In this document: in pieces, positions 1 to 9,441 of the stretch | How positions within the stretch are numbered: position 1 is the first letter of the stretch | How the letters are laid out: each line of letters starts with the position of its first letter | Virus record (IMG/VR): IMGVR_UViG_3300016675_000014 | Location: 1-39,193 of that record | Strand: one strand, 5' to 3' | Length of the DNA: 39,193 nucleotides | DNA from: a virus | Taxonomy: Duplodnaviria > Caudoviricetes | The notes under the pieces: generated by a model | Databases searched by the model: none | What the model was told of the DNA's origin: nothing | The model's input: only the letters and a program-made list of their open reading frames with translations | Program-made: the position numbers and the translations under genes

Positions 1-265
1 GCGAGACGCAAGCCCTACAGGCGGTGCTCTTGGTCAAGTGGCTGTTCAAGAACTGAATGCACTTCAATCTACTGTGGGTTCTTTGGAGATTGGTCAAGAT
101 CGTAAAGAACTTGAAAAGAATCTTTCTAAAATTGAGCATCACTATACTAACTGGATTCGGACGACTCAGGGTGAGAAACCTATTTCGTTTGATGAATTTA
201 TGAAGGCAAAGAAACCTGCTCAAGCTGCTCCCGCTGCCGGTGGTTGGTCTATTCGTCCTCGATAA
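1..265 (+). CDS. 3' part of internal virion/ejection protein that begins at 38262 (wraps the window ends)
   Basis: The final 'at' of the window plus the first 'g' make ATG, reading ...GFDRLQQ-M-RDASPTGGALGQVAVQEL in frame with ORF 38..265. Confidence 0.85.
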   Translation, partial: RDASPTGGALGQVAVQELNALQSTVGSLEIGQDRKELEKNLSKIEHHYTNWIRTTQGEKPISFDEFMKAKKPAQAAPAAGGWSIRPR

Positions 266-274
266 GGAAAATAT

Positions 275-1762
275 ATGGCTACTTATGTTGTAACTGCTCC
301 TGATGGCAAAGAATATGAAGTTAATGCGCCTGAAGGAGCAACGCAAGAACAGGTTTTAGCGTATGTTCAACAGAACTACAAACAACCTGAACAACGCTCT
401 GTAGCTCAGGATCTAGGTCGTCAAGCTGGTTTAACTGCCCGCGCTGCTGTTACAGGTTTGACGGCTATTCCTGCAATGATGGCTGATCCTTTAGCTGCTT
501 TAGTCAATCAAGCTGCAGGCCGCCAAGTGATGACTTCTCCGAGTCAAGGCATTCAAAACCTGATGACAGCCGCTGGCCTTCCTCAGCCTGAGACAGGTTT
601 AGAACGTGCTGTTCAAACAGGCGCTGCTGCTATGGCTGGTTTACCTCCTCAAGTGGCTGCTGCCCGTGCTACTCCTGCTTTAGCGCCTCTCGGTCAAAAC
701 CTGCTTCAACAGACTGTTGCGTCAGGAGCGGGCGGTGCGGCTGCTCAGGCTGCCTCAGATGTGGTTCAAGAAGCTACTGAAAATCCTTTAGCTTCTGTAA
801 TTGCTGGGTTAGCCGCAGGTACTGTTGCCGGTAGTTTAGGTGCTAAAGGCGCAACTGCTGCAACAGCTAAACGAGAGCCATTAGTTACATTGGATGAAAT
901 TAAGCGACGTGCTCAGCAGTCTTATAGCCGAATGGAAGAACAGAATGTTTTCCTGAAGCCTAAAAGTGTCTTAGACCAATTAAATCGTGTAGAGCAAGAG
1001 CTTGTTAAGCAGAACTTTAACCCTAAATTAGATGACCATAAGCCTGTTGCACAAGTTTTAGAACAGGTTCGTGAAATGGTAGGTACTCAGCGAGTATCTT
1101 TCCCGAAGCTCGAACAGATTCGCTCTGCTTTGACTGACCTCAAAGGATCTAATAATGCAACTACTCGCAAATATGCCGGTCAAGCCGTTGCTGAATTAGA
1201 CAGTTACATTGCTAACGTAGGTGCTTCGGATGTTTTAGCCGGTAAAGGTAATGTAGGCACTGCTGTGAAGGCTGTTCAAGATGCTCGTAAAGATTGGCGC
1301 AATCTGTCTCGTGCTACTATTTTGGAAGACGCTCTTAATGTTGCTGAGGCTCGTGCGCTTGATCCTAAAGCATCTGAAGGTGAACTGATTCGCCGTCAGT
1401 TGATTAACTTAGCAAGTAACAAGAACAAAATGCGTGTGTTCTCTGAACGTGAACAGAATGCAATCAAGAGTGTAGCAAGCGGGCCTGTTGCAGATCCTCT
1501 TCTTTCTTTGTTGGCTAGGTTTAACCCTGAGCGTAGTCAATTAGTTACTGCCGGTACAGCTTTTGCAGCAGGTACGAATCCTATGTTAGCTGCTGCTGTT
1601 AGTGGTACTGGCTATGCTGCGGATAAGCTTCAAGGCCTGCTGCGGGGACGTGCTGCTGAGCGACTGGTGTCTGATATTGCTTCCGGTACTCTGCAGCCTC
1701 TTCCTGCTAATATGGCATGGCGTGGTATGCTTTCCAGTACATTGGCACAACCAGAAGAGTAA
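275..1762 (+). CDS. Internal virion / DNA ejection protein (putative)
   Basis: 495 aa, Ala/Gly/Gln-rich, last of three such genes before the lysis cassette; SD aagga upstream. Confidence 0.6.
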   Translation: MATYVVTAPDGKEYEVNAPEGATQEQVLAYVQQNYKQPEQRSVAQDLGRQAGLTARAAVTGLTAIPAMMADPLAALVNQAAGRQVMTSPSQGIQNLMTAAGLPQPETGLERAVQTGAAAMAGLPPQVAAARATPALAPLGQNLLQQTVASGAGGAAAQAASDVVQEATENPLASVIAGLAAGTVAGSLGAKGATAATAKREPLVTLDEIKRRAQQSYSRMEEQNVFLKPKSVLDQLNRVEQELVKQNFNPKLDDHKPVAQVLEQVREMVGTQRVSFPKLEQIRSALTDLKGSNNATTRKYAGQAVAELDSYIANVGASDVLAGKGNVGTAVKAVQDARKDWRNLSRATILEDALNVAEARALDPKASEGELIRRQLINLASNKNKMRVFSEREQNAIKSVASGPVADPLLSLLARFNPERSQLVTAGTAFAAGTNPMLAAAVSGTGYAADKLQGLLRGRAAERLVSDIASGTLQPLPANMAWRGMLSSTLAQPEE

Positions 1763-1767
1763 CTACT

Positions 1768-2148
1768 ATGTATTCCTTTAGTCAACGAAGTAAAGATCGT
1801 CTTAAAGGGGTACACCCTGATTTAGTCAAGGTCATGGAGGAGTCGATCAAAGAGTCTCCTCTTGACTTTGGCATTACTGAGGGACTACGTACTCTGGAAA
1901 GACAGAAGGAACTGTTTGAAGCAGGTAAGTCTCAGACCATGAACAGTAGGCATCTGAAAGGCTTTGCTGTTGACATTGCTGTGTCCGAAAACGGTAAATT
2001 GACTTGGGAGTTTCCTAAGTATCAGATCGTAGCAGACCACATCAAGAAGGTAGCTAAGGATTTAGGTATTCCTATTGTCTGGGGTGGAGATTGGATTAGC
2101 TTCAAAGATGGCGTACACTTTGAGCTTAATAGGAGCAAGTATGCTTAA
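1768..2148 (+). CDS. Endolysin, M15 family L-Ala-D-Glu peptidase
   Basis: LKGVHPDL, GLRTLERQ, SRHLKGFAVD, WGGDW..DGVHFEL motifs; ATG at 1768 follows the previous stop. Confidence 0.9.
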   Translation: MYSFSQRSKDRLKGVHPDLVKVMEESIKESPLDFGITEGLRTLERQKELFEAGKSQTMNSRHLKGFAVDIAVSENGKLTWEFPKYQIVADHIKKVAKDLGIPIVWGGDWISFKDGVHFELNRSKYA

Positions 2149-2545
2149 TATCTTATTACCGTTTGCTGGGAAGATCCTAGACAAACTCATTCCTGATCCT
2201 GCTCAAAAGGCAGAAGCTCAGATCAAGTTGGCTGAGATGGCTCAGAACGGTGAGCTGGAGAAGCTGGCTAAAGAGAATGAAGCATACAAGACGGAGCAGG
2301 ATAACATTACAGGCCGTTGGAGTGCCGATATGGCCTCCGATAGCTGGCTATCCAAGAATATCCGTCCTATGGCTCTTGTGGCTATCCTGACAGGCTATTT
2401 TGGCTTTGCACTCATGTCTGCATGGGACATTAACGTGAATAACGCTTATGTTGAATTGCTTGGACAGTGGGGCATGTTGGTTATGTCTGCCTACTTTGGA
2501 GGCCGGACTTTAGAGAAGATCATCGAACTAAAGAATAAGAAGTAA
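2141..2545 (+). CDS. Holin (3TM, GTA-type family)
   Basis: ILDKLIPDP, RWSADMASDSWLSKNIRP, YFGGRTLEK motifs with hydrophobic segments; follows the endolysin; SD aggag. Confidence 0.75.
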   Translation: MLNILLPFAGKILDKLIPDPAQKAEAQIKLAEMAQNGELEKLAKENEAYKTEQDNITGRWSADMASDSWLSKNIRPMALVAILTGYFGFALMSAWDINVNNAYVELLGQWGMLVMSAYFGGRTLEKIIELKNKK

Positions 2546-2546
2546 T

Positions 2547-2777
2547 ATGGAATCCAAAGAAGTATCACATAATGAAATCTATGAAAGACTGGTTAAAGTA
2601 GAAGAAAAGGTAGACAAGGTAGCTAAGGATACTGAAGGTATGGTAAGTGCCTTTACAGCAGCCTCTGGTGCTTTTACAGTCCTTGAATGGATAGCTAAGT
2701 TAGCTAAACCTATTCTGTGGACTGTAGGCTCTATAGCAGCTATCGTAGCTGTCTTACAGGATTACCGTAGTCACTAA
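2547..2777 (+). CDS. Small coiled-coil plus C-terminal membrane protein, lysis-associated (putative)
   Basis: 76 aa, ERLVKVEEKVD coil and hydrophobic C-terminus; last gene of the plus arm. Confidence 0.55.
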   Translation: MESKEVSHNEIYERLVKVEEKVDKVAKDTEGMVSAFTAASGAFTVLEWIAKLAKPILWTVGSIAAIVAVLQDYRSH

Positions 2778-2781
2778 CGAC

Positions 2782-2821
2782 AAAGGCCTCTAGAGCGTAA
2801 GAACTCTAGAGGCCTTTTTTG
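2782..2821. terminator. Bidirectional rho-independent terminator between the two genome arms
   Basis: Perfect 14 bp inverted repeat aaaggcctctagag/ctctagaggccttt with a T run on the plus side, located between convergent stops. Confidence 0.9.
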
Positions 2822-3442
2822 TTACTCCTTCACTTTACGTGGAGCTTTCTTCTTTGATTCCTTCAGCAGATAAAGCTGACGCTTGAGCATCCTTTCACGC
2901 GATTCGTCTGCATTGAACCAGAATTCTCTTCCGTTTTTCAATTCTTCCATTTCTTTCGGCGTAAGGAAACCAGAGTAACAAATATCTAACAACCTGTTAA
3001 TCTGTTTAGTTGCAAAATCGGTCTGACCTTTAACATTAGGAACCGTTCCAATACTGCCATAATGAGCCGTATGAATCATTATTTCCGCTGAGTCCGCAAT
3101 ATAGCATTCCGGAACCATGCACGCAAGCATACTAGCGGCAGAATAAGCACTACCAATAACTGTAGCAGCAACGTCCCCACGACACCCTTTAACGGCTTCA
3201 ATGATTTGCCAAATACTATCAGTTCGTCCTCCGTTGGAGTTAATCAAGAAGTTAACTGTATCGTTCTCATTACAAGTGGCAAGACAATGAATGACATCAC
3301 GATACATAGCAGGATCTCCAATGTCATCGTCAATGAAGATCAAATGAGCATTGAACTGCTGTTGGATAGAACGGATCAGGCCATTCTGTTGCTGTTGCTG
3401 ACCCATCATCAGCATGATTTCTTCGTCATTTGCCTTACCCAT
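2822..3442 (-). CDS. ClpP-like serine protease
   Basis: FLINSNGG, GSAYSAAS (catalytic Ser), IMIH (His), FWFNADE; ATG at 3442 with SD ggag. Confidence 0.8.
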   Translation of the reverse strand: MGKANDEEIMLMMGQQQQQNGLIRSIQQQFNAHLIFIDDDIGDPAMYRDVIHCLATCNENDTVNFLINSNGGRTDSIWQIIEAVKGCRGDVAATVIGSAYSAASMLACMVPECYIADSAEIMIHTAHYGSIGTVPNVKGQTDFATKQINRLLDICYSGFLTPKEMEELKNGREFWFNADESRERMLKRQLYLLKESKKKAPRKVKE

Positions 3443-3486
3443 TTTTACTCCCAGTAAAAACCTTCGGTAGAGTGGTTTCTCTGCGT

Positions 3487-4221
3487 TCAACCATGATGTC
3501 CATCCTCGTAGTGTGTCTTAGCAATAATGTATTGTTTCACGAGAGAGCTTCGTACAATATCTTCAATACCAAACTCAAAGCGTGAGAACTCTTTCATACT
3601 GCCTGCAATGTCAAGGAACTTCAAGATACCTGACTTATCATCCTTTTTACGTAGATCAGTCTGTCGATAGTCTCCACAGAAGACAATCTTGGACTTATCG
3701 CCTACTCGCGTGATAATGGTGTCAAGCTCTTCAAATGTCATGTTTTGCATTTCATCTACGATCAAGATTGAATGCATAAACGTGGTACCTCTAATAAAGC
3801 TAGTAGACACAAACTCAATGTGTCCTTGTTCCACCAACCGATCCCAAGCATCTTTTCGCTTAAACAGGTCAGAGCAAATCTGTCTGTAAGGCTGGATATA
3901 TACGTCCATCTTTTCATCTACATCTCCCGGTAGAAAGCCCATATCACGACTCTGAACGCTGCTACGGATGATAGTCACCTTATTAAAGGGATTGTTACGA
4001 TCCATGACCTCTTCCAGAGCCTTATACAAGGCAATGTAAGTCTTACCTGTGCCCGCTACTCCATGCAATGCCATGAAGTAGTCACCACGTTGATAAGCCT
4101 CAAAGAACTCCATCTGTTTGTCTGTCTTAGGCTTGATAACTGCCATGTCATCCAGCTTCAACTTCAAACTGTTACTCTGCTTCTCTTTAGCAGTCTCTTT
4201 CTTGGCAGGAACCGTAGTCAT
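3487..4221 (-). CDS. phoH: PhoH-like ATPase
   Basis: GVAGTGKT Walker A, MGFLPG, FIRGTTF, IVDEMQN, CGDYRQTDL, DIVRS motifs. Confidence 0.93.
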   Translation of the reverse strand: MTTVPAKKETAKEKQSNSLKLKLDDMAVIKPKTDKQMEFFEAYQRGDYFMALHGVAGTGKTYIALYKALEEVMDRNNPFNKVTIIRSSVQSRDMGFLPGDVDEKMDVYIQPYRQICSDLFKRKDAWDRLVEQGHIEFVSTSFIRGTTFMHSILIVDEMQNMTFEELDTIITRVGDKSKIVFCGDYRQTDLRKKDDKSGILKFLDIAGSMKEFSRFEFGIEDIVRSSLVKQYIIAKTHYEDGHHG

Positions 4222-4406
4222 CATTCTCCTTTGTCGTTATCCACTACATACGGGACAGTCCGTACTGTAGGAAACTTACTCATAAACTCTTCTCGTGTAA
4301 TGTCTCGTCCAATCTTGACTTCCTGAAAAGCCTCCCCAGCCTTAGCCAGGGAAGCCTTCAGAGTCACACAAGCAGGACAAGCATCCTTAGTGTAGACTGT
4401 TTTCAT
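4221..4406 (-). CDS. Glutaredoxin-like protein
   Basis: VYTKDACPAC (CxxC) and RTVP; immediately downstream of the RNR gene. Confidence 0.85.
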   Translation of the reverse strand: MKTVYTKDACPACVTLKASLAKAGEAFQEVKIGRDITREEFMSKFPTVRTVPYVVDNDKGE

Positions 4407-4407
4407 A

Positions 4408-6330
4408 TCAACGAATCGGACAAGCGCCAGAAGCACATTCACTATCGTCCAGACCAATGTCGAGACTATCAATAGAAGTAATCAGACGGGTCTTAGCAAC
4501 CAGTTCATCATATTGTTCTTTTGTGATCTCTTCCAAAGGAGCCTGTTTGAATCCATGCTCATTATGCAACAAGAAAGAAAGGCTCTTATGATTGTTCTTA
4601 TAGTTCTTCTTGAGATACTTACGAATCTCAGGAAGCTCTTCTTTTCGATAGTATACAGTACAGCTCACGCTATTGTCACTCCAATTTTCCTGTAGCCACT
4701 TAACAGTTTCAAGCTGTTGAATAGCTGTCATGTCTTTAGCCAGCACAGCATGGTCAGGATGTCGGAACGGGAATGAAACGACAACAGTGCTGTGATCTTC
4801 TGAGCCATCAAAGTTTTGCTGAAACTCCACAGGATAGCCATGATCTCGACAAGTCTGCACCAAAGGATGGTTAGCAGAAATACGAATACGACGAATCATA
4901 TAACGAGCATAGGCAGGATGACAACCCGGCGTAACACCCGGAAGCAGCGACAACGTACCAGATGGCTTAACGGTTGTCAGCTTAATAGACGTTGGGAATC
5001 CGTGTTCTTTTGAATATTGCTTATCAAACTCACGCAGATCCTTATAAACATCTTTCAGCCAACTTTTCTGTTCTTCCGTAGCTTGGAGGAAGCCCGTGAC
5101 ACCAATACCCATACGCATATTTTTATGTACGATCTCTTCAGTGATCTTAAGATGGAACGGAAGAGCAAGCGAATGTTTGTTGACACGATAGAGAAGTTTG
5201 GCAACATCTAGCATTTCCTCTTTAGAAGTAATGTTCGGCAGATAAATTTCTGCAAGACAACAAGTTTCTCCATCAGCCAAGCTCTGTTCCGCGCAAGGGT
5301 TGTAACCTTGGACATCGGGATCAGGGTATTCGGTTTCACCAAGCCGCCCAATTTTACGGGACAGTTTAAGGTTAATGAGGCCATAAGGCTCTCCTTTGCC
5401 TTCGTATCCATCCCAGAAGAACTCATGAAGGTCTCCAATGTCGTGACAAACAACGCTGTTGTTGGACATGGCTCGCCAGCTTGGGATATTACCCAAGTCC
5501 CATCGTTTAGCAAGTAGATATTCAACGTCATCTGGATCTCCAATAGCAATCTGCGCACTGCGTCGAACATTACCAGCAACTACAATAGCACCAATAATGT
5601 TCATAATGTCAAGACAGTCAATAGGACGTAGCTTTCGACCGGCGCGTTTTTCAAGAACTTCACTGATTTTATTGATGCCCCATACAAGATCTTCAGGGCC
5701 AGAGGCTGTACCGCCAAAGCCTTTAATAGGAGCGCCTTTAGATCGAATCAATTTTGTAGAATACGTAAAGGTCTGCTTGCCACTAGAATGGGCTAGAAAC
5801 GCTGCTTTAAGCGTTTTACCAAGAAGGGCAACCCATCCTTCACGAGAATCAGGGACAATAAAATCAGCATCGGCAGTGTCAGTACGAGTAGGACACTTAA
5901 AATCCACATTGACTGGAGGAAGTTTTTCAACATTAACCTTTTGAATATTGTAGCCGACACCAGAACCTAGCATCAGCATGTCCATCGCCCACGTAAACGG
6001 CTCCACAGGAGATTTTACAACTTTAAAAGCACAGTTTTGTAGGCTTGCTCCACCAAGACGACCAACAGTATCAGTACCAAGCTGCCACAAGAAACGACCG
6101 GCCACAGTTCCTTTAAGCTCCATCAAATACTTCTTCAGACGTTCCTGCTCATCAGAAGTAAATCCTACGTTAAGCTGGCTATTAGAAGCAGTGACGACAC
6201 GATTAACAGTGTCTTCAAACTCTTCAGTAGGGCTATTAGGATCAGCTTCATTAAGACGACGAGCATAGGTACGTTTGTACGTAATGTACCCAACAGAGCT
6301 AAAGGGTGTTTCATATTTGTTTTCAGTCAT
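4408..6330 (-). CDS. nrdJ: Class II (adenosylcobalamin-dependent) ribonucleotide reductase
   Basis: YKRTYAR, SLQNC, VVAGNVRRSA, YNPCAEQ, TTVKPSGT and C-terminal CASGACPIR; no nrdB partner gene. Confidence 0.9.
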   Translation of the reverse strand: MTENKYETPFSSVGYITYKRTYARRLNEADPNSPTEEFEDTVNRVVTASNSQLNVGFTSDEQERLKKYLMELKGTVAGRFLWQLGTDTVGRLGGASLQNCAFKVVKSPVEPFTWAMDMLMLGSGVGYNIQKVNVEKLPPVNVDFKCPTRTDTADADFIVPDSREGWVALLGKTLKAAFLAHSSGKQTFTYSTKLIRSKGAPIKGFGGTASGPEDLVWGINKISEVLEKRAGRKLRPIDCLDIMNIIGAIVVAGNVRRSAQIAIGDPDDVEYLLAKRWDLGNIPSWRAMSNNSVVCHDIGDLHEFFWDGYEGKGEPYGLINLKLSRKIGRLGETEYPDPDVQGYNPCAEQSLADGETCCLAEIYLPNITSKEEMLDVAKLLYRVNKHSLALPFHLKITEEIVHKNMRMGIGVTGFLQATEEQKSWLKDVYKDLREFDKQYSKEHGFPTSIKLTTVKPSGTLSLLPGVTPGCHPAYARYMIRRIRISANHPLVQTCRDHGYPVEFQQNFDGSEDHSTVVVSFPFRHPDHAVLAKDMTAIQQLETVKWLQENWSDNSVSCTVYYRKEELPEIRKYLKKNYKNNHKSLSFLLHNEHGFKQAPLEEITKEQYDELVAKTRLITSIDSLDIGLDDSECASGACPIR

Positions 6331-6740
6331 TATTTCTCCGTTAAATATTTCTTTGCTTTTACCAACCAACCAAGATCATCTTTAATCAATCCAAGAGCGG
6401 TGTTGCACGACGGACACAGAAGACCTCGAACATTACCAACAGAATGACAGTGATCTACAAAAATCTTAGCTTCATCAAAGCTACGAGAACACAGAGCACA
6501 CTTGTTGTCCTGTTCTGAGAGCATAGCTTCAAATTGCTCATGTGTCAAGCCATAAAGATACTGTCTTTGCCATTTCTGGCGTTTCTCTTTGGTCTTGTCG
6601 TTATACTTCTTAGAATACTCAGCCGGTTTGTCAGGATTCTTGTCAATCCATTCTTTTTTGTAAGCGTCCAGTTTTTCTTTACGTTTCCGGTAGTAGTCTC
6701 TGAAGTATTGTTTCTTTGCCTCTGGATCAGCATGAGGCAT
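6330..6740 (-). CDS. Endonuclease VII-type HNH endonuclease (putative homing endonuclease)
   Basis: YGLT..QDNKCALC, VDHCH..GNVRGLLCPSCNTALG. Confidence 0.88.
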   Translation of the reverse strand: MPHADPEAKKQYFRDYYRKRKEKLDAYKKEWIDKNPDKPAEYSKKYNDKTKEKRQKWQRQYLYGLTHEQFEAMLSEQDNKCALCSRSFDEAKIFVDHCHSVGNVRGLLCPSCNTALGLIKDDLGWLVKAKKYLTEK

Positions 6741-6748
6741 AACTATCC

Positions 6749-6913
6749 TCAAAAGCCATTCATCATCCTCTTTAGTTTATCTATATTTTCTTCAATTCTG
6801 TCCTCAAAGGCTTCGACGAGTTCATCACTGTGGATATCTAACACCTCCATCAATGTGACCTCATCTAAGCTTGCAAGACGTTCTTTTAGTTCGTCAAGAG
6901 TAATCTCATTCAT
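6749..6913 (-). CDS. Small acidic hypothetical protein (54 aa; not in the ORF track)
   Basis: Hand translation MNEITLDELKERLASLDEVTLMEVLDIHSDELVEAFEDRIEE...; fills the gap and overlaps the upstream stop. Confidence 0.7.
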   Translation of the reverse strand: MNEITLDELKERLASLDEVTLMEVLDIHSDELVEAFEDRIEENIDKLKRMMNGF

Positions 6914-7388
6914 AGGCCTCAATCAGCTTATCTAAATACCACCGTGCCTTCTCTAGATCCTCTTTACCATTCTTATCCATGAAGCGCATCAGGTATTGCA
7001 TCATTTGCACATAGTCAGATAAAGCCATAGGCATACTCTTTGGCGTGTATTCACTTTCATACACTTTTTGAGACAGCTTCTCAAGCACGTTTCGTACTTC
7101 AATGCCTTCAGAATAAAACCCTTTATCGAAGAGCATATAGTGTTTAGGATTACTCACCGCATCATGTGCTTTTTGCACATAATCCTCCGAGCCGCCATAG
7201 TAGCCGTCAAAAGTATCCTCTTCCAGCGAAGCGTCGTCCCATTCTTTAATTGTAATCGTATCCGGTTGATGGATATAAATGTTACGGTTCACGTACTTGT
7301 TATACCCTTCACAGACATTACAAGGATTACGGCTACGCTCATTCTGCATATAGAAGCAGCTATTACACTTGTGTTCACTTATCATCAT
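6906..7388 (-). CDS. DUF3310 / T7 gp1.7-like nucleotide kinase family protein
   Basis: DAVSNPKHY and KNGKEDLEKARWYL motifs; N-terminal CxxC...CxxC. Confidence 0.75.
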   Translation of the reverse strand: MMISEHKCNSCFYMQNERSRNPCNVCEGYNKYVNRNIYIHQPDTITIKEWDDASLEEDTFDGYYGGSEDYVQKAHDAVSNPKHYMLFDKGFYSEGIEVRNVLEKLSQKVYESEYTPKSMPMALSDYVQMMQYLMRFMDKNGKEDLEKARWYLDKLIEAYE

Positions 7389-7773
7389 TCAGCTTATCCA
7401 AAAGAGAAGTTTTAGTCTTCCTTGCCTTACGTTCCTTACGCTCAGCTTCGGCTTTTTTCATGGCCTCAATAGCGGCTTCTTTGTTTTCAAGAAGCAAGTT
7501 ACCAAATTTCTCAAACTCAGTCAAGATTAGAGAAACTTTGTCGATAACTTTATCAATGTCCTTTACATCATAACAACTGAAATCAAGTGTTGATGCTTTA
7601 TAGCAGTCAGAGATGACAACATTGGCATCCCACCCGCCATGATACATCCACTCTGGATTAAACTCAAAAGTAAACTCAATAGCGGCCATTCCTTTATCTT
7701 TATTGAGAAACTTTCGTGAATAGTACGTTTTAGGTTTGGGTGTTACTTTTTTGGTTTGTTTCTTAGTTTCCAT
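7375..7773 (-). CDS. Hypothetical protein
   Basis: 132 aa ORF overlapping both neighbours. Confidence 0.65.
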   Translation of the reverse strand: METKKQTKKVTPKPKTYYSRKFLNKDKGMAAIEFTFEFNPEWMYHGGWDANVVISDCYKASTLDFSCYDVKDIDKVIDKVSLILTEFEKFGNLLLENKEAAIEAMKKAEAERKERKARKTKTSLLDKLNDDK

Positions 7774-8527
7774 ATTTCTTTCCTAGGTATTCGATTGACA
7801 AAAACATCTCATCAAAGTGTCCATCGTTGACTTCATTCATCACCAACAAGCCGCGCCAGTGACGGTTAGACAGCTGATCCATATAAGATTCATCATGCAG
7901 ATAGTAACTGCCAGCAATGATTGCACAAATAGGCTTGCCATCAGCACGTTTACCATAAGCGATCTGCTTGCCTTGTTGATGTCCAGCAACACAAGATTGA
8001 TGTAGCTTGTTAATGATAGCACTAGCACTGCCTGCAGGTCGTCCCATTGCGCCCACAGGCCAATAGTGATTAAAACCCACGCCATTGATGAACACAGGAT
8101 GAAGAAACTGATGTACTTCCCAATCTTTTTCATACTCAAGATCCTTAGTAGAAATCAGTCCTTCAAGCGTAGGATTGTTGTTCACAGCCCTGTCGATACG
8201 GTTCTCATGATTCCCCAGAGTCAGTACCATACGGGGCTTATAAACCTTCTCCTTGTTCTTCTTCTGACGGCTTTGAAGGTCTCGCAGAGGCTTCAAGAGC
8301 ATCTTCATGGCATCCTTAGCCACCTGAATGTCTGTCTTGTAGCGCAAGCCTTCAAAGTACTTAGAGCCTTTAACATCATGGCTAGACAGGCTGGGCATAT
8401 CTGCAAAGTCACCCAAGTTTACCACAACGTCAGGACGATACTCACAGATAGCCTCTCCTGCCCATGTAAGGTGCTCCATAGGAACACCCTCCTTTACTTG
8501 GCAGTCAGGAATTACTAAGATTCTCAT
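7763..8527 (-). CDS. Calcineurin-like metallophosphoesterase
   Basis: IPDCQ, LGDFAD, LGNHE, AGHQQ motifs. Confidence 0.85.
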   Translation of the reverse strand: MRILVIPDCQVKEGVPMEHLTWAGEAICEYRPDVVVNLGDFADMPSLSSHDVKGSKYFEGLRYKTDIQVAKDAMKMLLKPLRDLQSRQKKNKEKVYKPRMVLTLGNHENRIDRAVNNNPTLEGLISTKDLEYEKDWEVHQFLHPVFINGVGFNHYWPVGAMGRPAGSASAIINKLHQSCVAGHQQGKQIAYGKRADGKPICAIIAGSYYLHDESYMDQLSNRHWRGLLVMNEVNDGHFDEMFLSIEYLGKKYGN

Positions 8528-8847
8528 GTGTTACCCCTTGATGTGGTTTTACCACGGGCGCGGATGGCCCCCGCACATTCGGCTGGCTGCATTCCAACGT
8601 CACGCGCTTGAAAGCGGTCGCAAATCTCAGCACACGCCTCACGTTCTTCTGCGACACCATCGGCAAAGCCTTGCCGGTAGTTGTTCCAATCAGGTTTGAA
8701 CTCTGTCTCTCGGATGTGTGCAGCGACCCGCGAAGCAATAAGGGCGGCGAAGCGTTCAAGTTCGTCTTGCGTGACAAGCCAGCGGCCAGAACTTCCTATG
8801 CCTGCTCCAGCCTCCCGCGCCATTCGGATGATATCTTCAGCGTTCAT
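8524..8847 (-). CDS. Hypothetical protein (MAREAG...ELERFAAL...EREACA type)
   Basis: GC-rich ORF; shares an exact 36 bp segment with 17139..17510. Confidence 0.65.
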   Translation of the reverse strand: MNAEDIIRMAREAGAGIGSSGRWLVTQDELERFAALIASRVAAHIRETEFKPDWNNYRQGFADGVAEEREACAEICDRFQARDVGMQPAECAGAIRARGKTTSRGNT

Positions 8848-9145
8848 CACCTTCCCCGGAAATAACATTACGACCAGCACGATCATTTAGCTTCTGAAGG
8901 TTTTTAGAAGCAATATCAGTCAAGCTCCAACCCATCACAGTAGCCAAGCCTGCAAGCTGCCAGAAGGTGTCGCCCATTTCCTTTTGCATACCTTCTTCGT
9001 CCATCACACCATCGCGAATCCATTTGGCAAACTTCCCTGCAATTTCACCAGCTTCAGAGGTCAGATTAGCCACCATGTAAGCAGGATTCTTAGCAGTTTC
9101 CAAGGCTGTCTTCCAAGCCTGTTGTTGATATTCTTCAATCAGCAT
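8837..9145 (-). CDS. MazG-like nucleotide pyrophosphohydrolase
   Basis: EAGEIAGKFAK, KEMGD, NLQKLNDR, GEGDER motifs. Confidence 0.85.
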   Translation of the reverse strand: MLIEEYQQQAWKTALETAKNPAYMVANLTSEAGEIAGKFAKWIRDGVMDEEGMQKEMGDTFWQLAGLATVMGWSLTDIASKNLQKLNDRAGRNVISGEGDER

Positions 9146-9431
9146 TTGACCACTCCGCTACAACAAATTTCAAATAGAGATACTTATTTGGATCTCCGGG
9201 ATACATCCGCCGTTCAGCTTCAAAGCCCCCGCAAGCAGCAAACCAATGATCTGAAGGAGCAGCATTGTAGACATCTTTCAACAGACGCCTTGCCATTTTA
9301 CGAAGTTCTGCAATAGTGATATAAGAATCAGGACTATCGTGGTACTTCCATTCTAGAGCATCTATTGTCTTCTTGACCTGTTCAAAGTAAAAGTTGTCTA
9401 GGATGTCTTCAATCTCTTCATACATGTTCAT
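9135..9431 (-). CDS. Hypothetical protein
   Basis: 98 aa, SD aggag, in operon orientation. Confidence 0.65.
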   Translation of the reverse strand: MNMYEEIEDILDNFYFEQVKKTIDALEWKYHDSPDSYITIAELRKMARRLLKDVYNAAPSDHWFAACGGFEAERRMYPGDPNKYLYLKFVVAEWSNAD

Positions 9432-9441
9432 TATACATCTC

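Noticed and set aside
4513-6268. Several plus-strand ORFs opposite nrdJ
   Set aside because: They are antisense to a conserved gene, with no SD or protein motifs.
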